Of a stretch of DNA of 64,000 nt, positions 12,850-27,100 are shown one piece after another. The translations under genes and the position numbers were made by a program. Each line of letters starts with the position of its first letter. Position 1 is the first letter of the stretch. The stretch is taken from NCBI GenBank assembly GCA_051294375.1, contig CM119264.1:26063011-26127010 (forward strand), read 5' to 3'. The DNA comes from Paraspadella gotoi. Lineage: Eukaryota; Animalia; Chaetognatha. The notes beneath the pieces are model-generated. The model ran no database searches, was not told where the DNA came from, and worked only from the letters and a program-made list of their open reading frames with translations.

Positions 12850-14282
12850 GAAGTGAGAGAGTGGAGAGAGAGAGATTTCGTGGTCGTTTTCCTCTGAAAG
12901 TCTTTGCTATTCATTTCCAACCTACTCTTTTCCCCCAAGTCCCATATATTTTCACAGATATTTTTTCCTATGAATCATCACTCGTCATGTCTCTCGCTCC
13001 GCTTCGCATCTCACTCTCAAATCTCTCTAATCTCCTCGCGTCGCTCTCGCTCTCACCCTCTCTCTTCTATTTCGATCCTTCTTTTTATGCCAACGAACAT
13101 GTCTCGTCTCCCAAGAATCTGACGGGATTTCTTTTCCTCTTTACTTTTCCTCTCCTCCTCCTCCTCCTACCTCCTCCTCCTCCTCCTCATTTTTTTGGTT
13201 CTCCATCGGGACGAATGAATATGATGAATTTGTTGTGGAGAAGAATGAGAAGGACGTCGAACTGGAGCGCAAAGCCGCAAAAAATAAGGAGCAAAGAAGT
13301 ACAAAGAAATGGAAAAAAGGGGCGAAAAACCTGGGATCTTGAACGTACGTCAAAAGGTTGCGAAAACAATGAATAAAGGGGACGAATGAAAAAGAATTCA
13401 ACTAAGGTCGTATGAAAATCATGAAAGGTCTATGAGATTAATGAAGGATAATGAATGAGGAAAGGATTAATTATAATGAAGTAAGAAATATTACGATGCT
13501 GATGAATTAAAGAATGTCCGAATAATATATATTATTACAATGAGTTTAAATAATGGATACCTAATAAAAAGTGAGAACGTGGCGTTATGTAGGGGCAAAT
13601 GTGGAGGTATGCCAGAAAGCCATATGAAGAAGGATGACTTCTTGATATTGGTGTGTCACGTGACGATTGTTTCGTNNNNNNNNNNNNNNNNNNNNNNNNN
13701 AAGAATTTCAAAACAATTAATATATCGTCTGAAAGCTAATAGAGAGTACTATACGAATATTTATTCAGATTTTGAAAATTATTAAGAGCATTAAAGTAAT
13801 GATTTTTTAAAGATTTTGTCTCGATCTAGGGTCCCACCCCTCTAACTGTTTTTTATTGCCACCTCTCCAATTTTACTTCAGTTTTGAAAAGATAGCACAC
13901 TTTTATTCGACGAACGGTTTCAGCGATTTAAGTTTATATCCAATATAATTATGAAATAAAACGCGCGTTTTTACTCGAGATTTCGAGAAAAATTGTTTTA
14001 GAAAAATGAGGCATAATTTCTCGTTTAAATTTTTTATTCTGTCGTTGTTTTCGTTCGGCCGAAGCTTTGATGTCAAAGTTATCGTCTTTTTACTTTTGTT
14101 ATTTCAGTTTATTAGTTTATTTCCTTTTATTTCATTTCATTTTATTTTTGATCCAAAGAAAAAAATAGAAATTCCTTTCGTTTTTACGAGCGAACCGGGA
14201 GGGAATGAGAGGAAAAGGAGAAGAGAGAGAGAGCGGAGAGAGAGGCAGAGAGAAGAGAGAGAGATGAGGAGAGAGAGAGAAG

Positions 14283-14315
<33 letters not shown>

Positions 14316-14752
14316 ACGACGTGACATAAAACTAAATAAAAATATTAAGTTGGAAAAAGAAAAGAAAAAGAAATTGGTCGTGATCATTAAATAATATTAT
14401 TTAAAATAATAAATTCGCTAATTTTTGTAAGACAGAAAATAGATGAACGAAAATGGATTGATTAAGATTAAGATAATTAGATTCAGTCAGCAGTCCTAAT
14501 AGTCTCATCGCTTCATCGCTTTCCGGCGATTCTTCTCGCTTCTTCTTCTTCTCCGCTTTTTTTTTATCCGCGGATTTTCGTTCGCCTTCCGGCCATTTCC
14601 GGAGATTCTTCCGGCGCGGCGCCGAAGCGAACTTTGATTCGACTTTCCGATCACGGCGCGAAAATTATGAGAGAAAGAATAATCGAGACATGAAAGAAAT
14701 GATTAACACGGCAGAGAAACATGATTTGTAATAATGATTTTAATACATACTA

Positions 14753-17735
14753 CACCGGTTCCTTTTTACATCGATTTACTCGGCACATGGAGTGCACAGG
14801 AGAATGAGATGTCCGGGATACGTTTCCGGATCCTTTGGGCTACACAAAAAAAGGGTATCAAATTTGTCCTAATGACAGTTTTTTTATAAATTAAATAATT
14901 AAAATTAGCTAATATAAAATCAATAAGTAGAATAAAAAAAATTTAATAAAATGGTTTTTAAATTTTTTTAAAAATGAAATATAATGCATCATCTCATAAT
15001 CTATGAACAATTTTTATTTCGTTTGAAGTCCATAACCCATTATTCTTCTTTAATAGTTTTAATTTGTAATTAATTTTTCTTTATAAAATATTTTTTTAAT
15101 TTTTTTTCAATAATTTAAATTAAAAAATTATAACTATGCCAATGATGAAGAAAAATTATATTATAAGGGTTACTACCTAATATGGCCTTCAATACATATA
15201 TACGTAAAGTTTTATTATATAATGATGTTTGACATGAAAATAAATATTTATAAAATTAAATATATGAAAAAATTTTAACTTTGATTTTTTTTAGCATATA
15301 AACATAATTATTAATTAATTGCGTTCATGATGCTTTTAATAGCTATGGTCAGTTGTATCATTCTCATTATATAATTTTATAACTTTTTTATTTTAGTAAA
15401 TACTGACTGCTATATTTACTTACTTTGACAAAATCAAAAATTCACTTGGTATAAAATTATGGTATGAAACAGGAAAATTTTTTCAAATCACATGCTATTT
15501 ATTGTTTGAACTGATATAAATATCTTATCCTTGACAAAATTTAAAAAGTTTTAAAACAATCAACTAGACTTTTTAAGGTTGTCAAATGTATAAATAATTG
15601 ATAATTCGGACTGCATTTGTAGGTTTAACTTAATTCAGTAGCTCTTTTAGTTATATGAAGAAAAGCAGTATATTTAACAGTTTTTTTATTTGGAGTGGGA
15701 TCAAAGTACTAACACATATTAAATCAGTATATTTGTTAAGTATAGTAGAGTTCCTCTATAGATTTTTATTTTTGAAAACGTTTGTACTTTTTTTTCTATA
15801 TTTTTTTGAGCACGCAAAAACGTTTTTTTGAATTACGCGAAAGGAATGTAAAATATTAAAAATAAATAGACAATAGTTAGATCTTCATGTCTAGAATAGA
15901 GAAAAAAAACCTTGTTTAAAATTTGGATCGGAAAGTGGGGTAACTAAGGCTTACCAACGGTATCCTCCATGCTGATCGTTCTCTTTCCTATAATGTTTTT
16001 TAATTTAATATTTGAAAGGGAAAAAAAAGAAAATTCAGAATTCGGTGGCATAACAAGGGTAGAAAAATCTGTACTAGTGACAGTGATAATAATGATCTTT
16101 TATGTCTTTGCGTAAGGGGCAGTAAGAAAACCTTAAAAATGCAATCATTAAGTCAGTCAATAAACCTTTTCACGAATTTTTTTTTCTTAATTAAAATGGA
16201 TGATAAATAATAGAATTAAATTCCCTTTCCAATAAAAAGGTTGTTATATTTAACAGAAAATTATCAATATCAATTAACACAATGATGTCTTGCTTTGTCC
16301 AAATTTTCAGCAGTTAAGTAATTTTAAAAATTTTATTATGATAACAACAGTATAGTAAGTTTCTTTGCAGTTAAAGATAATGAAAAAATGATTATTTTTT
16401 TCACAGACAAGAAGGTAGAGCGTCCAGACTGTTTATATCAAGCTGAAAACATTTTATATTTATCATTTTTTATATTTAAAAAGACATTTTATCAAGCTAC
16501 TCAATACAAATTTTTTTGCTTGTTTTTTTAGCTTTAACTGAAAATAACAAGCAAATTTATAAAGTAGAGAAAAATTTTAATGGCTAATTAAAATGTAATC
16601 TCAGACTTTCCTCTTTTAATTTACAAAAGAAAAACAAAAAATTTTATATGCCTTCATTGAAATTTGTAATGACAAAAAACTGTTAACTTTTAACTCGTAT
16701 TTAAATAAAACTGTGTAAAACAGAATTTATGGATAAAATTTACAAACTGTTCTGAAGAAATATGTCCCTGATTAGGGCTTTAATTTGATACCACACCTTG
16801 CTACTCTTTTTTTTCAAAAGATATTCCAAGAAATAACTTTTTTATTACTTTTTTGCATCTTGCAGTTTTGTTTTTAAACAACCTAACTTTTGGCCTTAAA
16901 ATGTTAGTTGGGATTGTTTAACACTTTTTAAATTTTGTCCAACGATAAATATTATACTCAGTTCTCAACAGCATAATAGCTTGTGATTTAAAAAAAGGTT
17001 TTCGTCTGTTTCATACATAATTTTTAATACCAGTAATTTTTGGATTTTGTCAAAAGTAAGTTAATATAGCCAGTCAGTATTACTAAAAATAGAAAAAAGT
17101 TATACAAATTATTATAATTGAGAAATAAACCAACTGAACGCAGCTAAGCTTTAAAAGCATCAATGAACAATTAATTAATAATTATGTTTATTTATGCTAA
17201 AAAAAATTCAAGTTAAAATTTTTTTCATAGATTTAATTTATAAATTACGTTATTTTCTAATGTCAAAAACATCATCAAATAAACTTTACTATATATGTAT
17301 TTGAAGGCTATATTAGGTAGGTAAGGTCCTTATAATATAATACTTTCTTCAATCATTTGCATAGTTATAATTTTTTTTAATTTAATTATTTGCAAAAAAT
17401 AAATATATTTTAATAAAGAAAAATTAATTACAAATAAACTATTAAAGATAGAATAATGGTTATGGACTCACGAAAGTAAATTGTTCCATAGATATGGATG
17501 ATGCTATGATATTTCATTTTTAAAAAAATTTAAAAACCATTTTTACAGAGTTTTTTTTATTCTACTTTATTGATTTTATTAGCTAATTTTAAATAATTAG
17601 ATTTATAAAAAACTGTCATTAGGAAAAATTTTGATACCCTTTTTTTTTGTGTAGCCCAAAGGTCCGGAAACCGTATCCCGGACATCTCATCTTGTGCAGT
17701 CTCCATGCCGAGTAATCGATGTAAAAAGGAACGTG
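14753..17735. mobile_element. Second copy of the foldback element (within the tandem duplication)
   Basis: Same termini and flanks as 8662-11644 at offset +6091. Confidence 0.85.
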
Positions 17736-18421
17736 CATAGGAATCGTGATTGGTCAAAATTAGATAAACTAATGTAGTCATAATGTGATGATTGGTCACC
17801 TGCAAAATGTTACAGATGACATGCCAATAATTAATTTTCAAGAGAGCCAAAATGATTCATAAACTAAGTATACAGTCGATGAATGAACTTAAAGAAGAAT
17901 AGAGTAAACGAATTCTAATATCTGTTCTATTCAACAATGTTTAATTCAGCAGAATTTCCATCTATCAAAAATGATTACTTGATTCGCCTAACACTAAAAT
18001 TCATTCAGGAAAGCTTCCGAAATTATTATCATTATTATTTTTGTTTCATTTTTTGTTTTTTTAAACAAATTTTGATTATTTTTATAATTCCGAAAAAAAA
18101 AGCTACTTAACAAGTGATGATTCACTGTGACATCCGTCAACAATCGTTAGGCATCCGCTTCCCGCTAAAGAAACCGCTTCTTCTCTCCGCTTCTCTGGCC
18201 AGCTTCTCCCCGTTCTTGCGTTCTCCCAATCCCAGCTCACCAGCCACCTCCTCACCCCCCGTCCCCCCCTCAACCGCTTTCCCAAGGGGGATTCGCTTCC
18301 TCGTCGACAGACATCACTTTTTCCCGGCCTTTATGCTTTAATCCTCGAGCCGAAAACGGGACGCGTCTTCTCCCTCTCTCTTTTCTCTCTCTCTCTCTCT
18401 CCTCTTCTCTCTCTCCTCTCT

Positions 18422-18453
<32 letters not shown>

Positions 18454-18909
18454 GCGAAGGGTGACGAGCGCCGATGTTAGGAGGAGAACAGAGGGTTTTA
18501 AAAAGCGGAAGAACGTGTTCCTGGGATAGGAGTAATTTTTATCAAGTTGTCTTGTCGTTGTCTTCGTCGTCCTTGTCACTACGTCTTTGTCATTCGTCTT
18601 CATCTTCCTCTTCATCGTTGTCAGGCAACGTCGTTACGTCATTATCTTTCGTCAGTCGTCCACCCGATCCTCCTTGGCATAAATAAGAAAAGAAAAAAAA
18701 AAAGAAAAAGAAAAAAAAACTTTTAGATGCGCTAACATTTGGTGCACACCAAATAGCGGATTATGGTGCGATGGCGAAGCACTGCAGGAGTCAGAAAAGT
18801 CTGGGCCGTTGGGGGGGTCTTCTCACCATTGCCATAAAGACGCCGGTAGAGAGCAGCGGAGAGAGAGAAGAGAGAGAGAGAGAGAGATGAGAGAGAGAGA
18901 GCGGAGAGA

Positions 18910-18940
<31 letters not shown>

Positions 18941-21110
18941 GAAGTGAGAGAGTGGAGAGAGAGAGATTTCGTGGTCGTTTTCCTCTGAAAGTCTTTGCTA
19001 TTCATTTCCAACCTACTCTTTTCCCCCAAGTCCCATATATTTTCACAGATATTTTTTCCTATGAATCATCACTCGTCATGTCTCTCGCTCCGCTTCGCAT
19101 CTCACTCTCAAATCTCTCTAATCTCCTCGCGTCGCTCTCGCTCTCACCCTCTCTCTTCTATTTCGATCCTTCTTTTTATGCCAACGAACATGTCTCGTCT
19201 CCCAAGAATCTGACGGGATTTCTTTTCCTCTTTACTTTTCCTCTCCTCCTCCTCCTCCTACCTCCTCCTCCTCCTCCTCATTTTTTTGGTTCTCCATCGG
19301 GACGAATGAATATGATGAATTTGTTGTGGAGAAGAATGAGAAGGACGTCGAACTGGAGCGCAAAGCCGCAAAAAATAAGGAGCAAAGAAGTACAAAGAAA
19401 TGGAAAAAAGGGGCGAAAAACCTGGGATCTTGAACGTACGTCAAAAGGTTGCGAAAACAATGAATAAAGGGGACGAATGAAAAAGAATTCAACTAAGGTC
19501 GTATGAAAATCATGAAAGGTCTATGAGATTAATGAAGGATAATGAATGAGGAAAGGATTAATTATAATGAAGTAAGAAATATTACGATGCTGATGAATTA
19601 AAGAATGTCCGAATAATATATATTATTACAATGAGTTTAAATAATGGATACCTAATAAAAAGTGAGAACGTGGCGTTATGTAGGGGCAAATGTGGAGGTA
19701 TGCCAGAAAGCCATATGAAGAAGGATGACTTCTTGATATTGGTGTGTCACGTGACGATTGTTTCGTNNNNNNNNNNNNNNNNNNNNNNNNNCATAAAACT
19801 ACAATAAAAATATTAAGTGAAAAAGAAAGAAAAAGAAATTGGTCGTGATCATTAAATAATATTTATTAAAATAATACATTCGCTAAATTTTTGTAAGACA
19901 GAAAATAGATGAACGAAAATGGATTGATTAAGATTAAAGATTAATTAGATCAGTCAGTCAGTCATCGATAGTCATCGCTTCATCGCTTCCGGCGATTTTC
20001 TCGGCTTCTTCTTCTTCTCCGCCTTTTTTTTTCCGCCGGATTTTCCGCTTCGCCTTCCGGCCATTTCCGGAGATTCTCCGGCGCGCCGAAGCGAACTTGA
20101 ATTCGACCTTTCCGATCAACGGCGCGAAAATTATGAGAGAAAGAATATCGAGACATGAAAGAAATGATTAACACGAAAGAGAAACATGATTTGTAATAAT
20201 GATTTTAATACATAGGAATCGTGATTGGTCAAATTAGATAAACTAATGTAGTAATCAATGTGAGATGGTCAAGCTGCAAAATGTTAACAGATGACATTCC
20301 AATAATTAATTTCAAGAGAGCCAAAATGATTCATAAACTAAGTTATACAGTCGATGAATGAACTTAAGAAGAATAGTAAACCGATTCTATATTCTTCTAT
20401 TCAACAATGTTTAATTCAGCATGAATTCCATCTATCAAAAATGATTACTTGATTCGCTAAACTAAAATTATTCAGAAAGCTTCGAAATTATTATCATTTT
20501 TATTATTTGTTTATTTATTTGTTTTTTAAACAAATTTGATTATTTTTATAATTCGAAAAAAAAAAAGGCTAACTTAACAAGTGATGATTCATCTGTGACA
20601 TCCCGTCAACAATCGTTCAGCATCCGCTTCCCGCTACGAAACCGCTTCTCCCGCTTCTGGCACTTCTCCCGCTTCTTGCGTTTCTCCCAATCCCNNNNNN
20701 NNNNNNNNNNNNNNNNNNNNNNNNNNNNNNNNNNNNNNNNNNNNNNNNNNNNNNNNNNNNNNNNNNNNNNNNNNNNNNNNNNNNNNNNNNNNTAGGCGTA
20801 ATTTTTATCGTTGTCTTTGTCGTTGTCTTCGTCGTCCTTGTCATCGTCTTTGTCATCGTCTTCATCTTCCTCTTCATCGTTGTCAGCAACGTCGTCTACG
20901 TCATTATCTTCGTCGTCGTCAACCCGGATCCTCCTTCAGCATAAAATAAGAAAGAAAAAAAAACGAAAAAGAAAAAAAAAACTTTAGACGCTACATTTGG
21001 TGCACACCATAGCGGATCTATGGTGCAGATGGCGAAGCACTGCCAGGAGTCAAAGTCGGGCCGTTGGGGGGGGAGAGAGAGAGAGAGAAAGAGCGAGAGA
21101 GAAGAAGAGA

Positions 21111-21660
21111 AGAATAATAGACAAGAATAGGTGACATAATTTCCATAACTATAATGACGCAAACTGAGAAAATATGATAATCAACATTCTGAGCACAAAT
21201 TGACAATAACTACTAATAGAATGGATATTTAGAGCGAGTATACTGCGGCCTCGAAGTTTATAACGTTAACAAAGTAATACAATCATTTGTTTTTAATTCT
21301 TCGGCGAAATCTATGCAATTTCGTAGAATATCGAACATAACTTTACGCGTATAATAATGAGACCAGCTGCCATAATTTTTAAAACGAGAATATAAATTTG
21401 TTGTTGAAAGCGTGATTGTTTTACTTCTCTCTTTGCGGTTGTGATTGGGTAATTGGTTGGTCATGGCTGTCCTGGTTGTTTTTCTGTTGGCTGCTGTTGT
21501 TGTTTTAGCTGCTGCTGTTGGACTCGATCTTTTAATCCTCTGCCCTTCTCTTCAAGAGTTTCTCTTTGCGACGGGAATCTCTAGCCGCTTAATCGCAGCT
21601 TTAGTTTGCGGCAGAGGATTAGAAACCGTCACGAAGGAAATTTAACGGAGAAACGAGAGA
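21111..21660 (+). repeat. ~500-550 bp dispersed repeat bounded by (AG)n tracts, copy A
   Basis: AGACAAGAATAGGTGACATAATTTCCATAACTATAATGAC...TCACGAAGGAAATTTAACG recurs in the same orientation at ~27770-28255. Confidence 0.8.
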
Positions 21661-21679
21661 GAAAGACGAGAGCGAGAGT

Positions 21680-21726
<47 letters not shown>

Positions 21727-21768
21727 AAGAGGAAAGAGAGAGAGAAAGAGAGAGAGAGAGGAGGCGAG

Positions 21769-21858
<90 letters not shown>

Positions 21859-23204
21859 AAGTGAGAAGAGAGAGAGAGAGGAGATTCGTGGNNNNNNNNN
21901 NNNNNNNNNNNNNNNNTCGTTTTCTCTGAAAAGTCTTTGCTATTCATCCAACTACTCTTTTCCCCAAGTCCCCATATATTTTCACAGTATTTCTATGAAT
22001 CTCACTCTCTCTCTCGCTCGCTCGCTCTCAACTCTCACTCTCTATCTCGCTCGCTCGCTCTCAACCCTCTCTCTCTATCTCGATCCTTCTTTTTATGCCA
22101 ACGAATGTCTCGTCTCCCAAGAATCGACGGATTTCTTTTTCCTCTTCTACTTCCTCTTCCTCCTCCTCCTCCTCCTCCTCCTCCTCCTCCCTCCATTTTT
22201 TTTGTTCTCCATCGGCGACGAATGAATATGAATGAATTTGTGTGGAGGAAGAATGAGAAGGACGTCGGACGCAGCCAACGAAAAAATAAGGAAAGAAAGA
22301 AGAACAAAGAAATGAAAAAAATGGGGGGGAAAAAAACCGACCGAACGTACGTACAAAGGTCCGAAAGAATGAATAAAAGGGGACGAATGAAAAAATTAAT
22401 AAAGGTGTATGAAAAAATCAATGAAAGGTCTAATGAATTAATGAAGGAATGAATGAATGAAGGAAAGAATTAATTAAATAAATGAAGTAAGAAATAAATT
22501 AACGAATGGCTGGATGAATTAAAGAATGTCCGAATAAATATATATTACAATGAGTTATAAAAAATAAATGGATACACTTATAAAGAGTGAGAAAAACGGT
22601 GAGTTATGAGGGGCAAAATGTGGCAGAATGCCAGAAGCCATTGAAGAAGGATGACCTTTGATATTGTTTGTCACGTGACGATTGCTTCGTCGGAAATGAA
22701 ATTCAAAGTGACATTTAACTTAATATATATATAAGTTAATGTTGATTTTTAGGTGAAGCAAACCACTAGGAAGTTCTCATGGTACACGTTTATTATTATA
22801 CTTATGAATACATACTTAAAACGCTGAGTCAGAGTGATAACGATCACACAGTTTCGTCGTAATCACTAAAAACTCTATATTACAAGAAATAAATGAAAAA
22901 AAAAACCAGAAAAAAAGAATAAGTCGTAAAGAAAATCGGAAAACATAAAAAGAAGGAGAAAATGAGAAATAAAAACATGGGGCGATAAAAATAAGGAAAA
23001 AAATGGAAAAATAAAGGAAAAAGAAAAAATAAGGGAAGAGTGACGGGGTCGATAGAGGTTGTCGTTGTTGTCGTTGTTGTGATGGAAGACGTCAGCGAGG
23101 AAGGGCGCCACTTCCGCGGAGGAAAAGGACAAAGGAAATATGGAACTGGGAATGATTTGCATGAGACAAGAGGGAGTCGGGCGAAAGTGTAGGAGAGAGG
23201 AGAG

Positions 23205-23267
<63 letters not shown>

Positions 23268-23899
23268 AGAGAGAGAGAGAGAGAGCATGAGAGAAATTAT
23301 GCGCAAGTCATGATCATCTTGGGAGAGGTCAGGATGTCAGAAAAAAATTCCCCCAGAAAATTCCTGAGAAAGGAATCTTAATCTGGAGCAAATGCCGGAA
23401 TGTTTCCCATTCGAGGCAAGGGGGGTGAAAGGAGAGAGAAAGGGAGGACGAGAGAGGAGAGAGAGAACAGAGAGAGAGAGAGAGAGAGAGAGAATCTACG
23501 TGTGAACGTCCCTTCTAGAGACCTCATAATAATTTATTCTACTCCTTGATTTTTTTATAAGAAACTTTCCATCTTACCAAATGAACATAATAGAAATATT
23601 GCTCGCTTCTGTCTCTGAGTCAGTTCCAGATTTGTAAAAAATAATTATGAACACGAGGTCGTTGGAGATGTTTAAAATTTTTTTAACCAAAGCACTGTAG
23701 ATATAATATTGCAAGCTGAGAAAATAAATTACAAAAACACAAATAGAGCAGCAAATATTCCGGAGGAGTTTTATTCCTATTATAACACTATTTGCTTGAA
23801 TCTCTTCACTCTATGTGAAATTGCGAATTGCTTGTAGATTTTTTTCTTCTTTTTTTTATTTTCTATCTTTGACGGTACAAATAACTTTGGTCTGATATG

Positions 23900-23974
<75 letters not shown>

Positions 23975-23982
<8 letters not shown>

Positions 23983-25271
23983 TGTCTACTCTAACTTTTG
24001 AGCTTCTTTTTTCCTAACTCTTTTTTTTTCTTCTTTCTGTTTTTACTAACATTAGTGATACTAAGTATTTTTTTTTTCGTTTACCTTTGCTTTACTCTCT
24101 TTTTCCTATCCTCATCCTCTTCCGCTTTCTCATTTTCTTCTCTCCTCCCTCTCTCCCTCCCCTCTCTCTCTCCCTCTCCCTTTCTCCCCTCTCACCGTCC
24201 CAACCCGCCTCCATCTCTCTTCCCTCGCCGACGGACGTCCATTGTGTCTGATCGGACGACACTTTCCTTCGCGACGGCGTTCGCGTGGGGGGGTGGGGCG
24301 GGCAGAGTTCGAAGGACGGCTGCCGACTGGGTGAGAGAGTTCGCAAAGAGGGGCGCCGGCGACGCGAATTATCGGCGTCGATGGCGTAGCGATTGCGAGC
24401 CAAGGAGGAGCTGCAGTGAGGTGCCGCTTTGCGGGCGCGCATGGCGGCGTCCTTCGTCACGGGTCGTGGCGGTGGGCTGACGGTGTATTCTCTACGGAGT
24501 TGGCGGCGGCGGCGGCGGCGGTCGGCGGCCGGCGGCGGCGGCGTAGTCGGGGGCAACGGTGGCGTTCTTTCCTCATTTGCATACAAATTGAAGGAAATTT
24601 TCCATTGTCACCCAATTCGTTCGCAGACTTTTTTAAACGGATTTCTTTCTTTCTTATTTTTTTTAAAACGGTTTTTCTTATATACCTAAAGAACCTTAAC
24701 TTGTTTCCTTTTTTTCTTTTCCCGCTCTTAATACGAGACTTTTTTTCTTTACGGCGATTAGACCGTCGAGAGCAAGCTGTTTCTTGATATTTTTATATAT
24801 ATTTTTATTATTTTATGAAAGCGGGTTTTTTATTTTAACTTTCTTAAATAAACATAGTTCCTTTTCTGCTAAAAAAGAATTTTTTAAAAATCAGACTTAT
24901 AATTTAACCAAGCTGAAAATCTTCGTTATAATTTAATGTGGAACTAATGGAGAGAGTTTTCTCATTTTGTATTTTTAAAATTCTTTTTTTTTTTTAATCG
25001 CAAACAGATTTTTTAAAAGCAAAAAATAAACGTATAAATAGAAATGGAAAGCAACTCTTCTTCACTGGAGCTTTTCATGTCAACTTCAAAAACCCAATCC
25101 TCAAATTCTTTCACCACTGATTTTTGGCTCCCTTATCTTTCTCCCTCCCTTCTCTTCTTCTTCTCCTTCTCTTTATTCTGTTTCTCCTTCTTTTCTCTCT
25201 TTCTCTCTTTCTCCTTTACCCTACTCCGGTCTTCATCTTGCGTTCGCTCCTCATCGCGAATTCTCTCTCTT

Positions 25272-25326
<55 letters not shown>

Positions 25327-25821
25327 NNNNNNNNNNNNNNNNNNNNNNNNNTTTGAAAACATTTTAGTTTTCTCCCCACACTTCTCTCCCAACAGCCACG
25401 CCCACTCCCGCTCCTACGAAGCCGCCTCGTCTTGGCGTCATTAGGGTGGACGATTTGAGGTGGAACGTTGAGAGGGAATTGACTCCGAAAGCCTCGCTAG
25501 AACGAAGGGAAATCGTTGGGGTGGTTGGATTCGATTGAGGAGATTGAGGTGGTTGTAGTGGTCGAAGTGGTTGACTTCGGTTGAGGTGGTTAAGGTGGTT
25601 GACGTCATCAGAGTTGTCGAGGTGGTTGGATTCGGTTAAGGTCGTTGAGGTGGTTGACGTCGTAAAAGTTGTCAAGGTGGTAGAGGTGGTGGGAAATTAA
25701 CATCGATCTTTCAAAGGAAAACGTTTTTGTCATCCTCAACAAGTTTTCGACTTTCTTCGGCTTTTGCTTTCGTTTGTTTGACGTAGTTTTACGCTTCTTG
25801 TTATCAATTGATTCGTCCTCT

Positions 25822-25852
<31 letters not shown>

Positions 25853-26330
25853 NNNNNNNNNNNNNNNNNNNNNNNNNNNNNNNNNNNNNNNNNNNNNNNN
25901 NNNNNNNNNNNNNNNNNNNNNNNNNNNNNNNNNNNNNNNNNNNNNNNNNNNNNNNNNNNNNNNNNNNNNNNNNNNNNNNNNNNNNNNNNNNNNNNNNNNN
26001 NNNNNNNNNNNNNNNNNNNNNNNNNNNNNNNNNNNNNNNNNNNNNNNNNNNNNNNNNNNNNNNNNNNNNNNNNNNNNNNNNNNNNNNNNNNNNNNNNNNN
26101 NNNNNNNNNNNNNNNNNNNNAAAAAAAAAGGACAAAGGAGACGGCAATCCGAAAGAAAAAAAAGGAGAAAAAAAGTGACAGAATTCGGGGGAGGAATTCT
26201 GTCGTCAAATTGGGAGACAAAANNNNNNNNNNNNNNNNNNNNNNNNNNNNNNNNNNNNNNNNNNNNNNNNNNNNNNNNNNNNNTTTACCCTACTCCGGTC
26301 TTCATCTTGCGTTCGCTCCTCATCGCGAAT

Positions 26331-26396
<66 letters not shown>

Positions 26397-27050
26397 GGAG
26401 AAAGAGAGAAAGAGAGAAAGAAGGAGAAGAAACAGATAAAGAGAAGGAGAAGAAGAAGAGAAGGAGAGGGAGAAAGATAAGGGAGCCAAAAATCGTGGGA
26501 AAGAATTTGAGGATTTGGTTTGAAGTTGACATGAAAAGCTCCAGTGAAGAAGAGTTGCTTTCCATTTCTTTTATTACGTTTATTTTTTGCTTTTAAAAAA
26601 ATCTCTTTCGATTAAAAAAAAAAAAGATTTTGAAAATACAAATGAGAAAAACTCTCTCCTTTAGTTCCACATTAAATTAACACAAATTTTTTTAGCTTGG
26701 TTAGATTATAAAGTCTGATTTTTTAAAAACATTCTTTTTTTGGAGAAAAGGAAACTAGTTATGTAAAGAAAGGTAAAATAAAAACCCGCTTTCATAAAAA
26801 TAATAAAAATATATATATAAAAAAAAAGAACAGCGCTCTCGACGGTCTAAAAAAAGTAAAGAAAAAAGTCTCGTATTAAGAGCGGGAAAGAGAAAAAGGA
26901 ACAAGTTAGGTTCTTTAGGTATTTAAAGAAAAACCGTTTAAAAAAAAGGAAGGAGAAAGAAACCGTTTAAAAAAAGTCTGCGAACGGAATTGGTGACAAG
27001 GAAATTTCCTTCATTTGTATGCAAATGAGGAAAGACGCCACCGTTGCCCC

Positions 27051-27100
<50 letters not shown>

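Larger units (their letters stand above)
7605..19766. repeat. Tandem ~6.09 kb duplication (7605-13675 and 13701-19766), plus a partial third copy at 19792-~22690
   Basis: ORF translations are identical at a 6091 offset (e.g. 11466/17557, 12861/18952). The copies are separated by 25-N gaps at 13676-13700 and 19767-19791. Confidence 0.95.

Noticed and set aside
21606-21947. ERERER / LSLSLS ORFs here and throughout the window
   Set aside because: They are translations of (AG)n/(CT)n microsatellites, not genes.
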